DNA of 64,000 nucleotides from a virus: IMG/VR virus record IMGVR_UViG_3300032053_011398; one strand, 5' to 3'. Shown piece by piece: positions 1 to 8,073 of this stretch (position 1 is its first letter; each line of letters starts with the position of its first letter). The notes under the pieces were generated by a model. It saw only the letters and a program-made list of their open reading frames with translations, ran no database searches and was not told where the DNA came from. The position numbers and the translations under genes were made by a program.

Positions 1-90
1 TTGTAAACTTCTAGTTGTATGCCGCCCAGGATGCCCTGAATTTTGGCGAAAGCTTCGGCACTGGTCTTGCGTGTCATGCCCGATAGAACG

Positions 91-165
91 TGGTTGGCCC
101 GACCGGTAACGACCCGGTGACCTGACGATTATGAGTCGCCTGCTCTACGTCTGAGCTACGGGCCA
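91..165 (-). tRNA. tRNA-Met/Ile2 (CAT)
   Basis: Cloverleaf; acceptor TGGCCCG/CGGGCCA, loop CTCATAA, 3' ACCA. Confidence 0.9.
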
Positions 166-176
166 ATCGCTAAATA

Positions 177-266
177 TGGCGGAAGGCGGAGGGCATCATC
201 CTCACCCCAGTTAAGGGGCCATCGGTTTAGCAAACCGTGACGGCCAAGCCAGCCGCTTCACCTTCC
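177..266 (-). tRNA. tRNA-Ser (GCT)
   Basis: Long variable arm, loop TTGCTAA, 3' GCCA; atypical T-loop. Confidence 0.85.
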
Positions 267-327
267 GAAATCCCAATTACTAATTCGGTATAAATTGGTA
301 GCAAATTAGTAATTGCGCCCCAAGGCG

Positions 328-888
328 CTAGTTGGTGCCGCCGGTTTTGACGGTGCCTTCCTCGCCGCCAAAATCCACTGTGCCTGGCCCAGACTTGCTG
401 ATCTGAAATCCATCGAACCTGGCCTCGCCCTTCTTCATATCCGTGGTGTCCCAGTGGGGCACCAGGCGATAGCCGGACATGGCGTAGAGCACGCCGTTGA
501 GCAGATCGAGGGCGCTAAGCGTAAATTGGTTACCACTGCCCGTCTGGATAGCCCCAGGCAGGATCGTGCCACTTTGAGCCATCTGCTCGTTAGTTTGGAC
601 GCGGTTGTTGATGAGCAGCCACATGCCGACCGGATCACGTTGAACGGCATCATTGAGCACGGCCTCGGCCAGCTCGATGTCCGTCTCCAGGAAGCGCACC
701 ACCCCAGTCTCGGCGACCTGGAGGCGATAGACCTCACTGCCATCAACAATGCAGATGACCCGGCTGCCTAAGAGCACCTTATCGGCTTTGATGCCCAAGG
801 CATCGGCAATTTGGTTCCGGGTTTCATCGGTGACGGGCGCGAATTTTTTGGCCTCAATGACCTCAGCGATTCTTTCTTTATCCAACAT
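328..888 (-). CDS. hypothetical protein
   Basis: ORF; ATG 888 (MLDKERIAEV) preferred because the upstream extension overlaps the Y RNA. Confidence 0.7.
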   Translation of the reverse strand: MLDKERIAEVIEAKKFAPVTDETRNQIADALGIKADKVLLGSRVICIVDGSEVYRLQVAETGVVRFLETDIELAEAVLNDAVQRDPVGMWLLINNRVQTNEQMAQSGTILPGAIQTGSGNQFTLSALDLLNGVLYAMSGYRLVPHWDTTDMKKGEARFDGFQISKSGPGTVDFGGEEGTVKTGGTN

Positions 889-947
889 AAGCTTGTAGTT
901 TTTCCAATGGTTCTCGATGCGCGAGCAATTCATACTGACCGCAAACT

Positions 948-1100
948 GATGCGCGACAAGCGCGGGCAAGGGTTTGCGCCAAAGACCCCCTTCAGGGAGA
1001 CCGCTGCTCTACCAGGCTGAGATACGTGCCCTTTCAAGGCTGGATTTGAACCAGCGACCAACGGTTCTCAGACGCATTTAACCCGCGCATGTCGCGCACC
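948..1100 (-). ncRNA. YrlA-like Y RNA (circularly permuted tRNA mimic)
   Basis: T-arm (GCTGG-TTCAAAT-CCAGC) precedes D-arm (TCTC-AGCCTGGTA-GAGC); acceptor region closed by a loop; anticodon stem extends into a long terminal helix GGTGCGCGACA..TGTCGCGCATC. Confidence 0.75.
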
Positions 1101-1109
1101 AAAAAGGAT

Positions 1110-1195
1110 GAGCATCGGTGCTGAGAATGAAAGACTGCCCTGCCCCGCACTGACCACAGGCTTTTGAACAGAACGACTTTGCAGCACCGGTGCCC
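1110..1195 (-). ncRNA. putative hairpin RNA displaying the TGGTCAGTGCGG motif apically
   Basis: Terminal stem GCACCGGTGCTG/CAGCACCGATGC plus inner stem GTTCTGTTC/GGGGCAGGGC; lies between tmRNA and Y RNA. Confidence 0.5.
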
Positions 1196-1199
1196 AAGA

Positions 1200-1631
1200 T
1201 GGTGGAGCTGGCGGGGAGTTGAACCCCGCGTCTTTGACATGATCCGACGCACATCCACATGCTTCTTCCGGTCAAACCGATTGCAACAGATTAGGCAGGC
1301 CCATGACCGGATAAACTCTGGCCTGTGCTGCATTTTGCTGAACCTTTATTAAACAGGGCTTCAGAACCCCTGTTTTACCTGCTGGTTACGCCCACACCCC
1401 GTAGCAGGTGTCAAAGGGTGGACGGTCTGGCGCATTAGGCCAGAACAGGTTCGGCATAGCCCGTGCGAGCCAGAACTTCGTCAGGGTTGGCGAAGATCGC
1501 AGCAACCTGGGCCAGCAAACCGTCTTCATTGCTTTTGGCAGATGATTTTTGATGGAGAGATTATCGTGGCCGACCATCATCCACGGCATGTCGTAACGGC
1601 TTCACGTATCAAATCGAAGCCCGGCAGCCCC
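1200..1631 (-). ncRNA. ssrA: tmRNA
   Basis: 5' GGGGCTG pairs with 3' CAGCTCC-ACCA including G3.U; T-arm GCGGG-GTTCAACT-CCCGC; tag ORF 1539-1435 AKSNEDGLLAQVAAIFANPDEVLARTGYAEPVLA*. Confidence 0.92.
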
Positions 1632-1673
1632 AAATTTTCAAAGATCAAAATGGCTAAAGTGTTCCGCCGCCCA

Positions 1674-1747
1674 TGGTGGGGCGGCGGAAGGGGAGAACCG
1701 GATTCGGTTCGCCGTCCACCAGTCGGTCATGCGGGCCGACACGCCCC
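1674..1747 (-). ncRNA. non-canonical CCA-ended tRNA-sized RNA
   Basis: 5' GGGGCG pairs with CGCCCC-ACCA; two internal hairpins; no canonical arms. Confidence 0.45.
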
Positions 1748-1752
1748 TAAAT

Positions 1753-1831
1753 TGGCGTCAGCCGGTCTGTTTTCACACGCCAGGGGGTTTTCGAGTGGCA
1801 TCCTGACTGTGCTGCCATCATTCCGGCTGAC
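1753..1831 (-). ncRNA. non-canonical CCA-ended RNA
   Basis: 9-bp terminal stem GTCAGCCGG/CCGGCTGAC followed by GCCA; internal hairpin TGGCA..TGCCA. Confidence 0.45.
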
Positions 1832-1845
1832 ATTAAATCAAAAAT

Positions 1846-1922
1846 TGGTTGCGGGGGCTGGATTTGAACCAGCGGCCTTCAGGTTATGGGCCTGATGAGC
1901 TACCAGGCTGCTCCACCCCGCG
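1846..1922 (-). tRNA. initiator tRNA-fMet (CAT)
   Basis: CGCGGGGTGGAGCAGCCTGGTAGCTC..., C1:A72 mismatch, TTCAAAT T-loop. Confidence 0.92.
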
Positions 1923-1959
1923 ATCCAGTTCAAAGAACGGTTATTTAAACTACGCAGCC

Positions 1960-1988
1960 ACTTTACAACGGCACCCAGGGGGAGTCAA
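1960..1988 (-). promoter_or_regulatory. sigma70-like promoter for the fMet/tmRNA/Y RNA block
   Basis: TTGACT-N17-TAAAGT. Confidence 0.6.
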
Positions 1989-2017
1989 CAACTTTGTAAA
2001 CTTTTCTGCGTAAAAAT

Positions 2018-2101
2018 TGGTCGGCAGGAGGAGACTTGCACTCCCAAGGCTCAGCGTGTTTGAGGCGCTGGGGTCTGCTATTCCCTCTAAACCACCTGCC
2101 G
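2018..2101 (-). tRNA. tRNA-Leu (CAA)
   Basis: Cloverleaf, loop CTCAAAC, ACCA; short variable arm, enlarged D-arm. Confidence 0.8.
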
Positions 2102-2119
2102 AAATAGCGCACGCCCCGT

Positions 2120-2193
2120 CGCGGTCAGCGGGACTCGCACCCGCAACTTCTGGTTTCTGAAACCAGCGACTCTGCTGATTGGCCTATCCCGGC
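2120..2193 (-). tRNA. tRNA-Leu (CAG), possibly a pseudogene
   Basis: D, anticodon (TTCAGAA) and T arms intact; acceptor 3' strand mismatched, no CCA. Confidence 0.6.
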
Positions 2194-2197
2194 AAAT

Positions 2198-2275
2198 TGG
2201 TAGCGGCGACAGGATTTGCACCTGCACTGTCTTCGCTCTAAACGAAGTGCCTCCTGCTGGTTGGGCTACGCCGCC
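2198..2275 (-). tRNA. tRNA-Leu (TAG)
   Basis: Cloverleaf, loop TTTAGAG, ACCA. Confidence 0.85.
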
Positions 2276-2282
2276 GTCTAAA

Positions 2283-2366
2283 TGGTGCCAAGCCAGGGAC
2301 TTGCACCCTGAAGGCTCCGACGTTTTAAGGATCGGGGGTCTGCTATTCCCGCTTAACCAGCCTGGC
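2283..2366 (-). tRNA. tRNA-Leu (TAA)
   Basis: Cloverleaf resembling the CAA copy; enlarged anticodon loop; ACCA. Confidence 0.75.
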
Positions 2367-2497
2367 TACACTGCGGGCCAGACGACGACCCTTGACGAAC
2401 CGATTGTCGTCCAGGTTGTGCGCCTGCCAAGATGAGCTTCCCGCATTTTGGCCTTCGTTTCTTCGGAGTGCTGTCGGCCTATCCACCACTTTGGCAT
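2366..2497 (-). CDS. 43-aa NUMOD3-motif mini-ORF (homing endonuclease remnant)
   Basis: Manual translation MPKWWIGRQHSEETKAKMREAHLGRR...; HSEETKAKMREAH fits NUMOD3. Confidence 0.5.
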   Translation of the reverse strand: MPKWWIGRQHSEETKAKMREAHLGRRTTWTTIGSSRVVVWPAV

Positions 2498-2540
2498 AAA
2501 CTTCCGTCAATAGTGAGCCACTGCTTCACACTGTAGATAC

Positions 2541-2616
2541 TGGTGCCCCAGGGGAGACTCCCACTCCCAACCAGCGGTTCCGAGGACCGCCGCGCTGATA
2601 ATTGCGCCACTGAGGC
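2541..2616 (-). tRNA. tRNA-Arg (TCG)
   Basis: Cloverleaf, loop CCTCGGA, ACCA. Confidence 0.8.
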
Positions 2617-2636
2617 GAAAGTGTTCTTAAGTAGGC

Positions 2637-3284
2637 ATGAGCAAAGAGAATCTTGAATGGGTCATGGAGCAGGCCAAACCTGCTGACCTTGAAATCGCTC
2701 ACGAAGCCTGGTTCCGCTACCGGGAAATCGTAGGAAGAGTTGCCCAAAAACATGGATATTCGCTAGAAGTGGGCGTCGGCGTCTTCTCCTCTTTAAGTCC
2801 AAATTCGGATTACCTGGGCAATCTCCGGGACACGGTCCGGCTCCTGGCCGCAGCGCACGCGGGCGACCCCATCGAGAGCTTCCCGGTCTCAACCTACGGA
2901 AACAACAAGCGGAAAGCCTGGCGGATCGCCCACGGCGAAAATCCGCTCGATTTGATCGTCTCCCCCAAAACCCGCAACTTCTTCCTGAACATCATCGACC
3001 CTGCCGATCCCGGCCCGGTGACCGTGGACGGGCACATCTTCAATGCCTGGACAGGGGTGCGCCTCCCGCTGGTTTCAGCCGCGCAGAAACTCCGGGCGGG
3101 TTTCTACGACGACGTAGCTCAGGACATCCGGCAGATCGGGGCCGAACGCCGGTTGATTCCCAACATCGTTCAGGGCATCATCTGGTATTCGTGGAAGCGG
3201 CTGCATAGGATCAAGCGCAGCGATCAGCTTGAGTTCTGGAAACCGGACTTTACGGCGGCGGCGCTGGGCTACGAACGAGAGTAA
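2637..3284 (+). CDS. conserved phage protein, DUF7178-like (possible HhH DNA-glycosylase-like fold)
   Basis: Motifs W.R.., SSLSP, PKTRNFFLNI, VTVDGH, VQGIIW. Confidence 0.6.
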   Translation: MSKENLEWVMEQAKPADLEIAHEAWFRYREIVGRVAQKHGYSLEVGVGVFSSLSPNSDYLGNLRDTVRLLAAAHAGDPIESFPVSTYGNNKRKAWRIAHGENPLDLIVSPKTRNFFLNIIDPADPGPVTVDGHIFNAWTGVRLPLVSAAQKLRAGFYDDVAQDIRQIGAERRLIPNIVQGIIWYSWKRLHRIKRSDQLEFWKPDFTAAALGYERE

Positions 3285-3355
3285 CTAGAAATATGAGTGA
3301 TTTGAACAAACCTAATCCATCCCTCTGAGCCTGGAGCAGAACAATAAAAACAAAT

Positions 3356-4111
3356 ATGGCTGAACCTCAAACTACACTAATCACTGTTTTTCACAATGGA
3401 ATTCATGCTCTTAAACTGCTGTGGAGGAGCTTTTCTAACGCTAACCCCGAACCCGCGCTATTTTGGTGCTACGACAATGCCAGCAACGACGGATCAGGAT
3501 ACTACGCTAAATCTGTTTCCAACTATACGTTCAGGTCTTGCTGTAACTATGGCCACGGACGGGGCTTAGACACGCTATGTGCTAAGGTCCGCACGCCTTA
3601 CACGCTCATCGCTGACGTTGATGTCGAATTTCTTCAACCAGCCACAGCAAGAATGATCGCAGAACTAAAAGGAACACCGTCAGCTCTCTGCACGGCTTAT
3701 CCATCACTGAAAGAGGAATGTGTTGTCGTCAATAATTACTTAGGATCAAATTTATCTGGACAAAAGCGCATAAACCCTTGCTGCGCTATGTTTGACACGC
3801 TCAAGCTGCAACAGGTACTAAAATACTTCAGTTTCGGAGTTTATGGGGGACCGGGTAAGTTTTACGACGTTGGAGCTATGATATACACGGCCAGTTTAGC
3901 GTGCAATCTATCTGTCCTAGAACCAACCTGGATCAGGCAAGCGGTGCGGCACTACGGCGGCATCGGCGGCTATGTCTCCGGCGCATTTCCTAAAGACAGC
4001 CCAAAGTTCATAGCATCACAAAAAGCGTATAGCCTCATAGAGCAACGAGCAGCGAGCTACGCTGAACCCGGTCGAAAATTGAACGAGGCTATTTTTGAAC
4101 TAGAAGCATAG
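3356..4111 (+). CDS. GT2-like glycosyltransferase
   Basis: YDNASNDGS, N.GHGRG, DVD (DxD) motifs. Confidence 0.75.
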   Translation: MAEPQTTLITVFHNGIHALKLLWRSFSNANPEPALFWCYDNASNDGSGYYAKSVSNYTFRSCCNYGHGRGLDTLCAKVRTPYTLIADVDVEFLQPATARMIAELKGTPSALCTAYPSLKEECVVVNNYLGSNLSGQKRINPCCAMFDTLKLQQVLKYFSFGVYGGPGKFYDVGAMIYTASLACNLSVLEPTWIRQAVRHYGGIGGYVSGAFPKDSPKFIASQKAYSLIEQRAASYAEPGRKLNEAIFELEA

Positions 4112-4115
4112 AACT

Positions 4116-4613
4116 ATGGACTTAAACAAAATACCCAGTGCGTGGAAAAACTTAGACAACTTCGCTTTCTGGTTAGTAGCCGCTTTCAAACCTGACGTTA
4201 TTGTCGATTTGGGGGTTGACCACGGCTATTCAACGATAGTCCTGGCCATGCCGGGCATAGGCACTGTTTACGGCATAGACGCGGTGATGTGCCGTGCCGA
4301 GCCTTTCATAGCAGAAGCCAACCTTAAAAACATCATTCTGATTAAAGGAGACTTTTCCACTTTAGCTTCAACTTGGGCGCAGCCAATAGACATCCTGCAC
4401 ATTGACGGCAACCACGATTATGAAAGCGTGCAGAGAGACTTCACCGTCTGGTCCCCTTTCGTTAGAAAGGGCGGAATCATTCTCTTACACGACACAATAT
4501 CGTTCCCTGATGGACCAGGACGTGTTTTTTCGGACGTAACTTGGCCAAAATTCAACATCGACAAGACGCGGCAGCAAACATGCGGACTCGGAGTTATTCT
4601 TAAAACGCAGTAG
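4116..4613 (+). CDS. class I SAM methyltransferase (Methyltransf_24-like)
   Basis: VDLGVDHGYS, IDILHIDGNHDYE, GGIILLHD. Confidence 0.88.
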   Translation: MDLNKIPSAWKNLDNFAFWLVAAFKPDVIVDLGVDHGYSTIVLAMPGIGTVYGIDAVMCRAEPFIAEANLKNIILIKGDFSTLASTWAQPIDILHIDGNHDYESVQRDFTVWSPFVRKGGIILLHDTISFPDGPGRVFSDVTWPKFNIDKTRQQTCGLGVILKTQ

Positions 4614-4675
4614 TCGCCAGCAGTCAGAGCGTGAAGGACCGAACAGGTTCAGGCAAAAATCTCTGAAACACATGC

Positions 4676-5668
4676 CTAGCCCATCAGTTCTTCGGCGTAA
4701 GCGCACAAAACCTTGACTTCAAAACTTCCGTAAAGGTTACTGGGCACCCTACAGGGCCGATAAGGCAGCTTAAGAAGCTGGGCGGCTACGCGGGCTGGAT
4801 CGGCGCTGGTTTTGTAGATTACACTCAAGGGATCGCCCGGTTTATAGTCCAGAGGTATAGGCGTGTAGTCGATGGGTATGTCGATGACGACACCACCGAT
4901 TTCTTGGGCGTGCTCCACGCAGCTTGGACTGCCCGACGCGACAGCAACCAGGCAACCCGCCGCCGCCGCTTCGGACATGAGCCGTGAGTGCCCCTCCACG
5001 GCGGATGGATAGAAGAACACCTTCGATTGACCCAGCAAGGACCAAAGTTCAGCTTTAGACTTGCCTGAAATGTTCTGTGGGGCGATGCCGCCTTGCCGCC
5101 TGGCCTCCTCCAACACCAATCCCGCAAACCAATCACCCTTGGCTGGCGAACAGGATGCCGTAGCCACGTCGTAAATCCTCTCGCCGTGATAGTGCTGGAT
5201 CGCTTCCACGTTCACGCCCGAAGGCAGCCATTCGACTCGGCGACAGTAGGGCGCGAAGTAGCGCACGTCACTAGCGGCGGCGGTCAGCAACAAATCTATC
5301 TGGCTCAAACAGTTGATACGATCCGCTGTCCACAGTTCCGGCCCAAACCCTCGAACTCTCCACGCTATCTGCCTGGCTTTCCACCCGCCCGACTTTAAAC
5401 ACTTCAAGCCAATGTCAGGCCAACTGCTAAACAAAATCAAATCCGCAGTAACCGATGGATACTCTCCCTTTACGCAAATGAACTCAACGCCATCTTGCAC
5501 GGTATTTCGAGAGAGGTCATAAGTGCCGAGCACTGCAATTACCCGGTGACCTCGCCGAGCCATTTCTTTAGCGAACGTGATCGGTGTAAACGCATATTCG
5601 TCAAAAGCGTTCACGGCTAACCAAGTTTCTAATAGGTTGGGATAGCGACATTCCACTACGATTGTCAT
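4676..5668 (-). CDS. GT4-like glycosyltransferase
   Basis: ARRGHRV, PSGVN, FYPSAVEG...EAAAAG (E-x7-E). Confidence 0.8.
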   Translation of the reverse strand: MTIVVECRYPNLLETWLAVNAFDEYAFTPITFAKEMARRGHRVIAVLGTYDLSRNTVQDGVEFICVKGEYPSVTADLILFSSWPDIGLKCLKSGGWKARQIAWRVRGFGPELWTADRINCLSQIDLLLTAAASDVRYFAPYCRRVEWLPSGVNVEAIQHYHGERIYDVATASCSPAKGDWFAGLVLEEARRQGGIAPQNISGKSKAELWSLLGQSKVFFYPSAVEGHSRLMSEAAAAGCLVAVASGSPSCVEHAQEIGGVVIDIPIDYTPIPLDYKPGDPLSVIYKTSADPARVAAQLLKLPYRPCRVPSNLYGSFEVKVLCAYAEELMG

Positions 5669-5762
5669 CTCCCCGTAGAACGTGAAGACGTTAGCTAAAT
5701 TGTGTAAACTTTTTCATTCCGTTCTAAAACGTCGTGGTTAACGCGGGCGCGATAGTTACAGC

Positions 5763-6122
5763 GTGAAAGTTGCAGGTCAAGAGATCGAAGTTCAAACCGA
5801 GCGGTATCACGGCGGCTGGATGAGCGTGGCCTGCCTGCCGGACGGCAAGCAGATTGCCTCGGCCCCGTGGAACACCCGCGAGGCCGCTGAGCACGACGTG
5901 TATCAGCAAGCTTTGATGCGCCTGGCCCCCATGCCCGCCTTCGATCCGGGCAAGACCTACGAAGCAGCCCTGATCCAGCGCCGGGCGGACGCCCTGCTGG
6001 AGCACTGCGGCTACTGCGCCCGCCGCCCACCGCGCCGCCGCAAGCGTCTGCCCCCGCCCAAAGCTTCGTTCTACCCCGGCAGTGGCGGATCAGCCGGAAT
6101 CGGAGGGCTTTCAAATGCCTGA
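5763..6122 (+). CDS. hypothetical protein
   Basis: ORF preceded by ATAGTTA-N4-GTG promoter-like motif. Confidence 0.55.
   Translation: MKVAGQEIEVQTERYHGGWMSVACLPDGKQIASAPWNTREAAEHDVYQQALMRLAPMPAFDPGKTYEAALIQRRADALLEHCGYCARRPPRRRKRLPPPKASFYPGSGGSAGIGGLSNA
6055..6120 (+). repeat. 66-bp direct repeat, copy 1 (copy 2 at 7158-7223)
   Basis: 63/66 identical; contains CGTTCT element. Confidence 0.9.
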
Positions 6123-6130
6123 AAAATGAG

Positions 6131-6202
6131 TGGAGCCGAAAGCCGGTGCTGCCCCGGCCTGGTCAAGTTTACAAAACTCGTCCCTTCGCTGGAAGCTTCG
6201 GC
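6131..6202 (-). tRNA. atypical tRNA-Tyr (GTA)
   Basis: Acceptor GCCGAAG/TTTCGGC-TCCA, loop TTGTAAA; reduced D-arm, T-loop GGCAGCA. Confidence 0.55.
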
Positions 6203-6207
6203 AAAAT

Positions 6208-6283
6208 TGGTGGGTTCGATGGGCGACGATCCCACAACATCCTGATTAAGAGTCAGGTGCTCTACCAATTGAGCTACGAACCC
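6208..6283 (-). tRNA. tRNA-Lys (CTT)
   Basis: Cloverleaf, loop CTCTTAA, ACCA. Confidence 0.92.
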
Positions 6284-6287
6284 AAAA

Positions 6288-6362
6288 TGGTCGCTGTGCC
6301 CGGACTCGCACCGGGAACCGTCACCTTATGAGGATGCCGCGCTGCTATTGCGCCACACAGCG
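6288..6362 (-). tRNA. tRNA-Met/Ile2 (CAT)
   Basis: Cloverleaf, loop CTCATAA, ACCA. Confidence 0.8.
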
Positions 6363-6367
6363 GAAAA

Positions 6368-6445
6368 TGGAGCCTCCACCCGGACGTGCGCCGAGCTATC
6401 GCCCATACCAAGGGCGTGCATCGCTGCTGCCTATGCTTTGGAGGC
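6368..6445 (-). tRNA. tRNA-Thr (GGT)
   Basis: Cloverleaf, loop TTGGTAT, TCCA. Confidence 0.8.
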
Positions 6446-6446
6446 G

Positions 6447-6520
6447 TGGAGCGAGTGACCGGAATCGCACCGGTATCTGATGCTTGGAAGACACCAGCTC
6501 TACTATTGAGCTACACTCGC
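6447..6520 (-). tRNA. tRNA-Gly (TCC)
   Basis: Cloverleaf, loop CTTCCAA, TCCA. Confidence 0.9.
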
Positions 6521-6528
6521 GCTGAAAA

Positions 6529-6876
6529 TTAAGTCCACGAAGTCTGCATTTCGGCAGCCTTCGGCGGGATGGCTGCCTTGATCTGTTCGCGGGCCTTCTC
6601 GCGCTCCTTGCGCCAGGCTTCCCATTCCTCGAAAGAGGGCACTGAATCGAGGATTTCGTCGCCAGGGCGCAGAAACGTGTGCGACCATTCGCCCCTGGCA
6701 TTCGGGTATCCAATCGAATGAAGAATGCCTTTGCCATAATCACGTGCGTCGTAGTAGCCGTTCCACTCGGCCTGGACGACCCCTTGCGGCGTGCGGACAC
6801 GGACGACCCGGCGGGCCATGTCGGGCAGATCGTCTTCCAAAAGCATCTTCACGATGAGCTGTGCCATTCTACTCAT
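6529..6876 (-). CDS. hypothetical protein with LLE-acidic N-terminal motif
   Basis: GTAGTTA-N7-ATG at 6876; MSRMAQLIVKMLLEDD. Confidence 0.7.
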   Translation of the reverse strand: MSRMAQLIVKMLLEDDLPDMARRVVRVRTPQGVVQAEWNGYYDARDYGKGILHSIGYPNARGEWSHTFLRPGDEILDSVPSFEEWEAWRKEREKAREQIKAAIPPKAAEMQTSWT

Positions 6877-6897
6877 ATCGGCATAACTACGAGAAAC

Positions 6898-6972
6898 TGG
6901 AGTCCGGCCAGGGGATCGCACCCTGCACCACCGCTTTGCAGGCGGGGCCGTTCGCTAGCTCGGTCGCCGGAC
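6898..6972 (-). tRNA. tRNA-Cys (GCA)
   Basis: Cloverleaf, loop CTGCAAA, TCCA. Confidence 0.85.
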
Positions 6973-6981
6973 GCGAGAAAT

Positions 6982-7058
6982 TGGGGCCAGTAGGCGGACT
7001 CGCACCGCCGAATACCGGTTTACGAAACCGGCCCTGTAGCTGCTGGAGGCATACTGGC
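6982..7058 (-). tRNA. tRNA-Thr (CGT)
   Basis: Cloverleaf, loop TTCGTAA. Confidence 0.82.
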
Positions 7059-7063
7059 AAAAG

Positions 7064-7137
7064 TGGTAGGGGATAACGGTGCCGCCCCGCTGCCTCGTCG
7101 GTGTAAACGACGCACGCTGCTGTTACGCCAATCCCCC
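7064..7137 (-). tRNA. tRNA-Val (TAC)
   Basis: Cloverleaf, loop TTTACAC, ACCA. Confidence 0.8.
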
Positions 7138-7157
7138 ACTCCGAAAACAGTTGTTCT

Positions 7158-7223
7158 CGCCCAAGGCTTCGTTCTACCCCGGCAGCGGTGGATCAGCCGG
7201 AATCGGAGGGCTTTCAAATGCCT
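7158..7223 (+). repeat. 66-bp direct repeat, copy 2
   Basis: Near-identical to 6055-6120. Confidence 0.9.
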
Positions 7224-7295
7224 AAGTTCATCCTTCCAAAAATGTAAACTTTTTAATTCCGTTCTATAACATTGTGGTCAGTGCGGGTTGAAATT

Positions 7296-8057
7296 ATGAG
7301 TGAACCGTTCAAGGCGCAAGTCGAAAAGTTCTTCCTGGAACATGTGCTCCACGAACCCCCACACTGCTATAATCCGTTCGTGACCATGCACTGCCAGCGT
7401 TACGTCCACTCCGTGCTGTTCGCTGAGTTGGAACTGAAAGCGGCCAAGGTGGTCCTGGAAGTGGGCGGCGGATGGGGGGCGTTTACGGAGGGCTTGCGGG
7501 CCTTGTTTCCCAGCCTGGTGATCGAAGGCTCCTCCGCTGATCTCCGCACGGTCTTCACCAACAAGGTGGACTACTATGACTTCATCCTGAACATGGAAGT
7601 CATCGAGCACATAAAAGACCTTGAAATTCCGGGAGATTGGCGTCAGCGGGATGCCTACATCGGTGACGGCCTGAAAAATTTTGTAAACACTTGCTACCAA
7701 TGCCTGAAACCGGACGGCAAGATGTTCCTGACCACGCCAAATCTCAGCTCCGTTAAAAGTCTCTGGCGGGTAATGAATTACAGCGACCCGTTCTCCTATG
7801 AGATGCACTTCCGCGAGTTTTCGATGAACGACCTGTTGAGAATACTGGTCGAAGCCGGGTTCCAGATCGAACGCTATACGACCATGCAGTGCTACGAGCA
7901 AAACCAGGTTCCGCCCGAAGCCAAGGCCCGCATTCTAAGCTTTTTGCGGGAGATGAAACTGTCCACAAACAACCGCGAAGAAGTCCAGTTCGTCATGGCC
8001 GTCAAGTCCGCAGTTAAGATGGCTGCGGTTTCCCAAGGTCCAGTGAACTCCCCGTAA
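7296..8057 (+). CDS. class I SAM methyltransferase
   Basis: VLEVGGGWG, YDFILNMEVIEHI, LKPDGKMFLTTPN. Confidence 0.88.
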   Translation: MSEPFKAQVEKFFLEHVLHEPPHCYNPFVTMHCQRYVHSVLFAELELKAAKVVLEVGGGWGAFTEGLRALFPSLVIEGSSADLRTVFTNKVDYYDFILNMEVIEHIKDLEIPGDWRQRDAYIGDGLKNFVNTCYQCLKPDGKMFLTTPNLSSVKSLWRVMNYSDPFSYEMHFREFSMNDLLRILVEAGFQIERYTTMQCYEQNQVPPEAKARILSFLREMKLSTNNREEVQFVMAVKSAVKMAAVSQGPVNSP

Positions 8058-8073
8058 ATTAGTTCTGGCCACT

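Noticed and set aside
961-1075. Split or permuted functional tRNA gene
   Set aside because: Acceptor region is loop-closed with no CCA and no anticodon loop; fits Y RNA topology better
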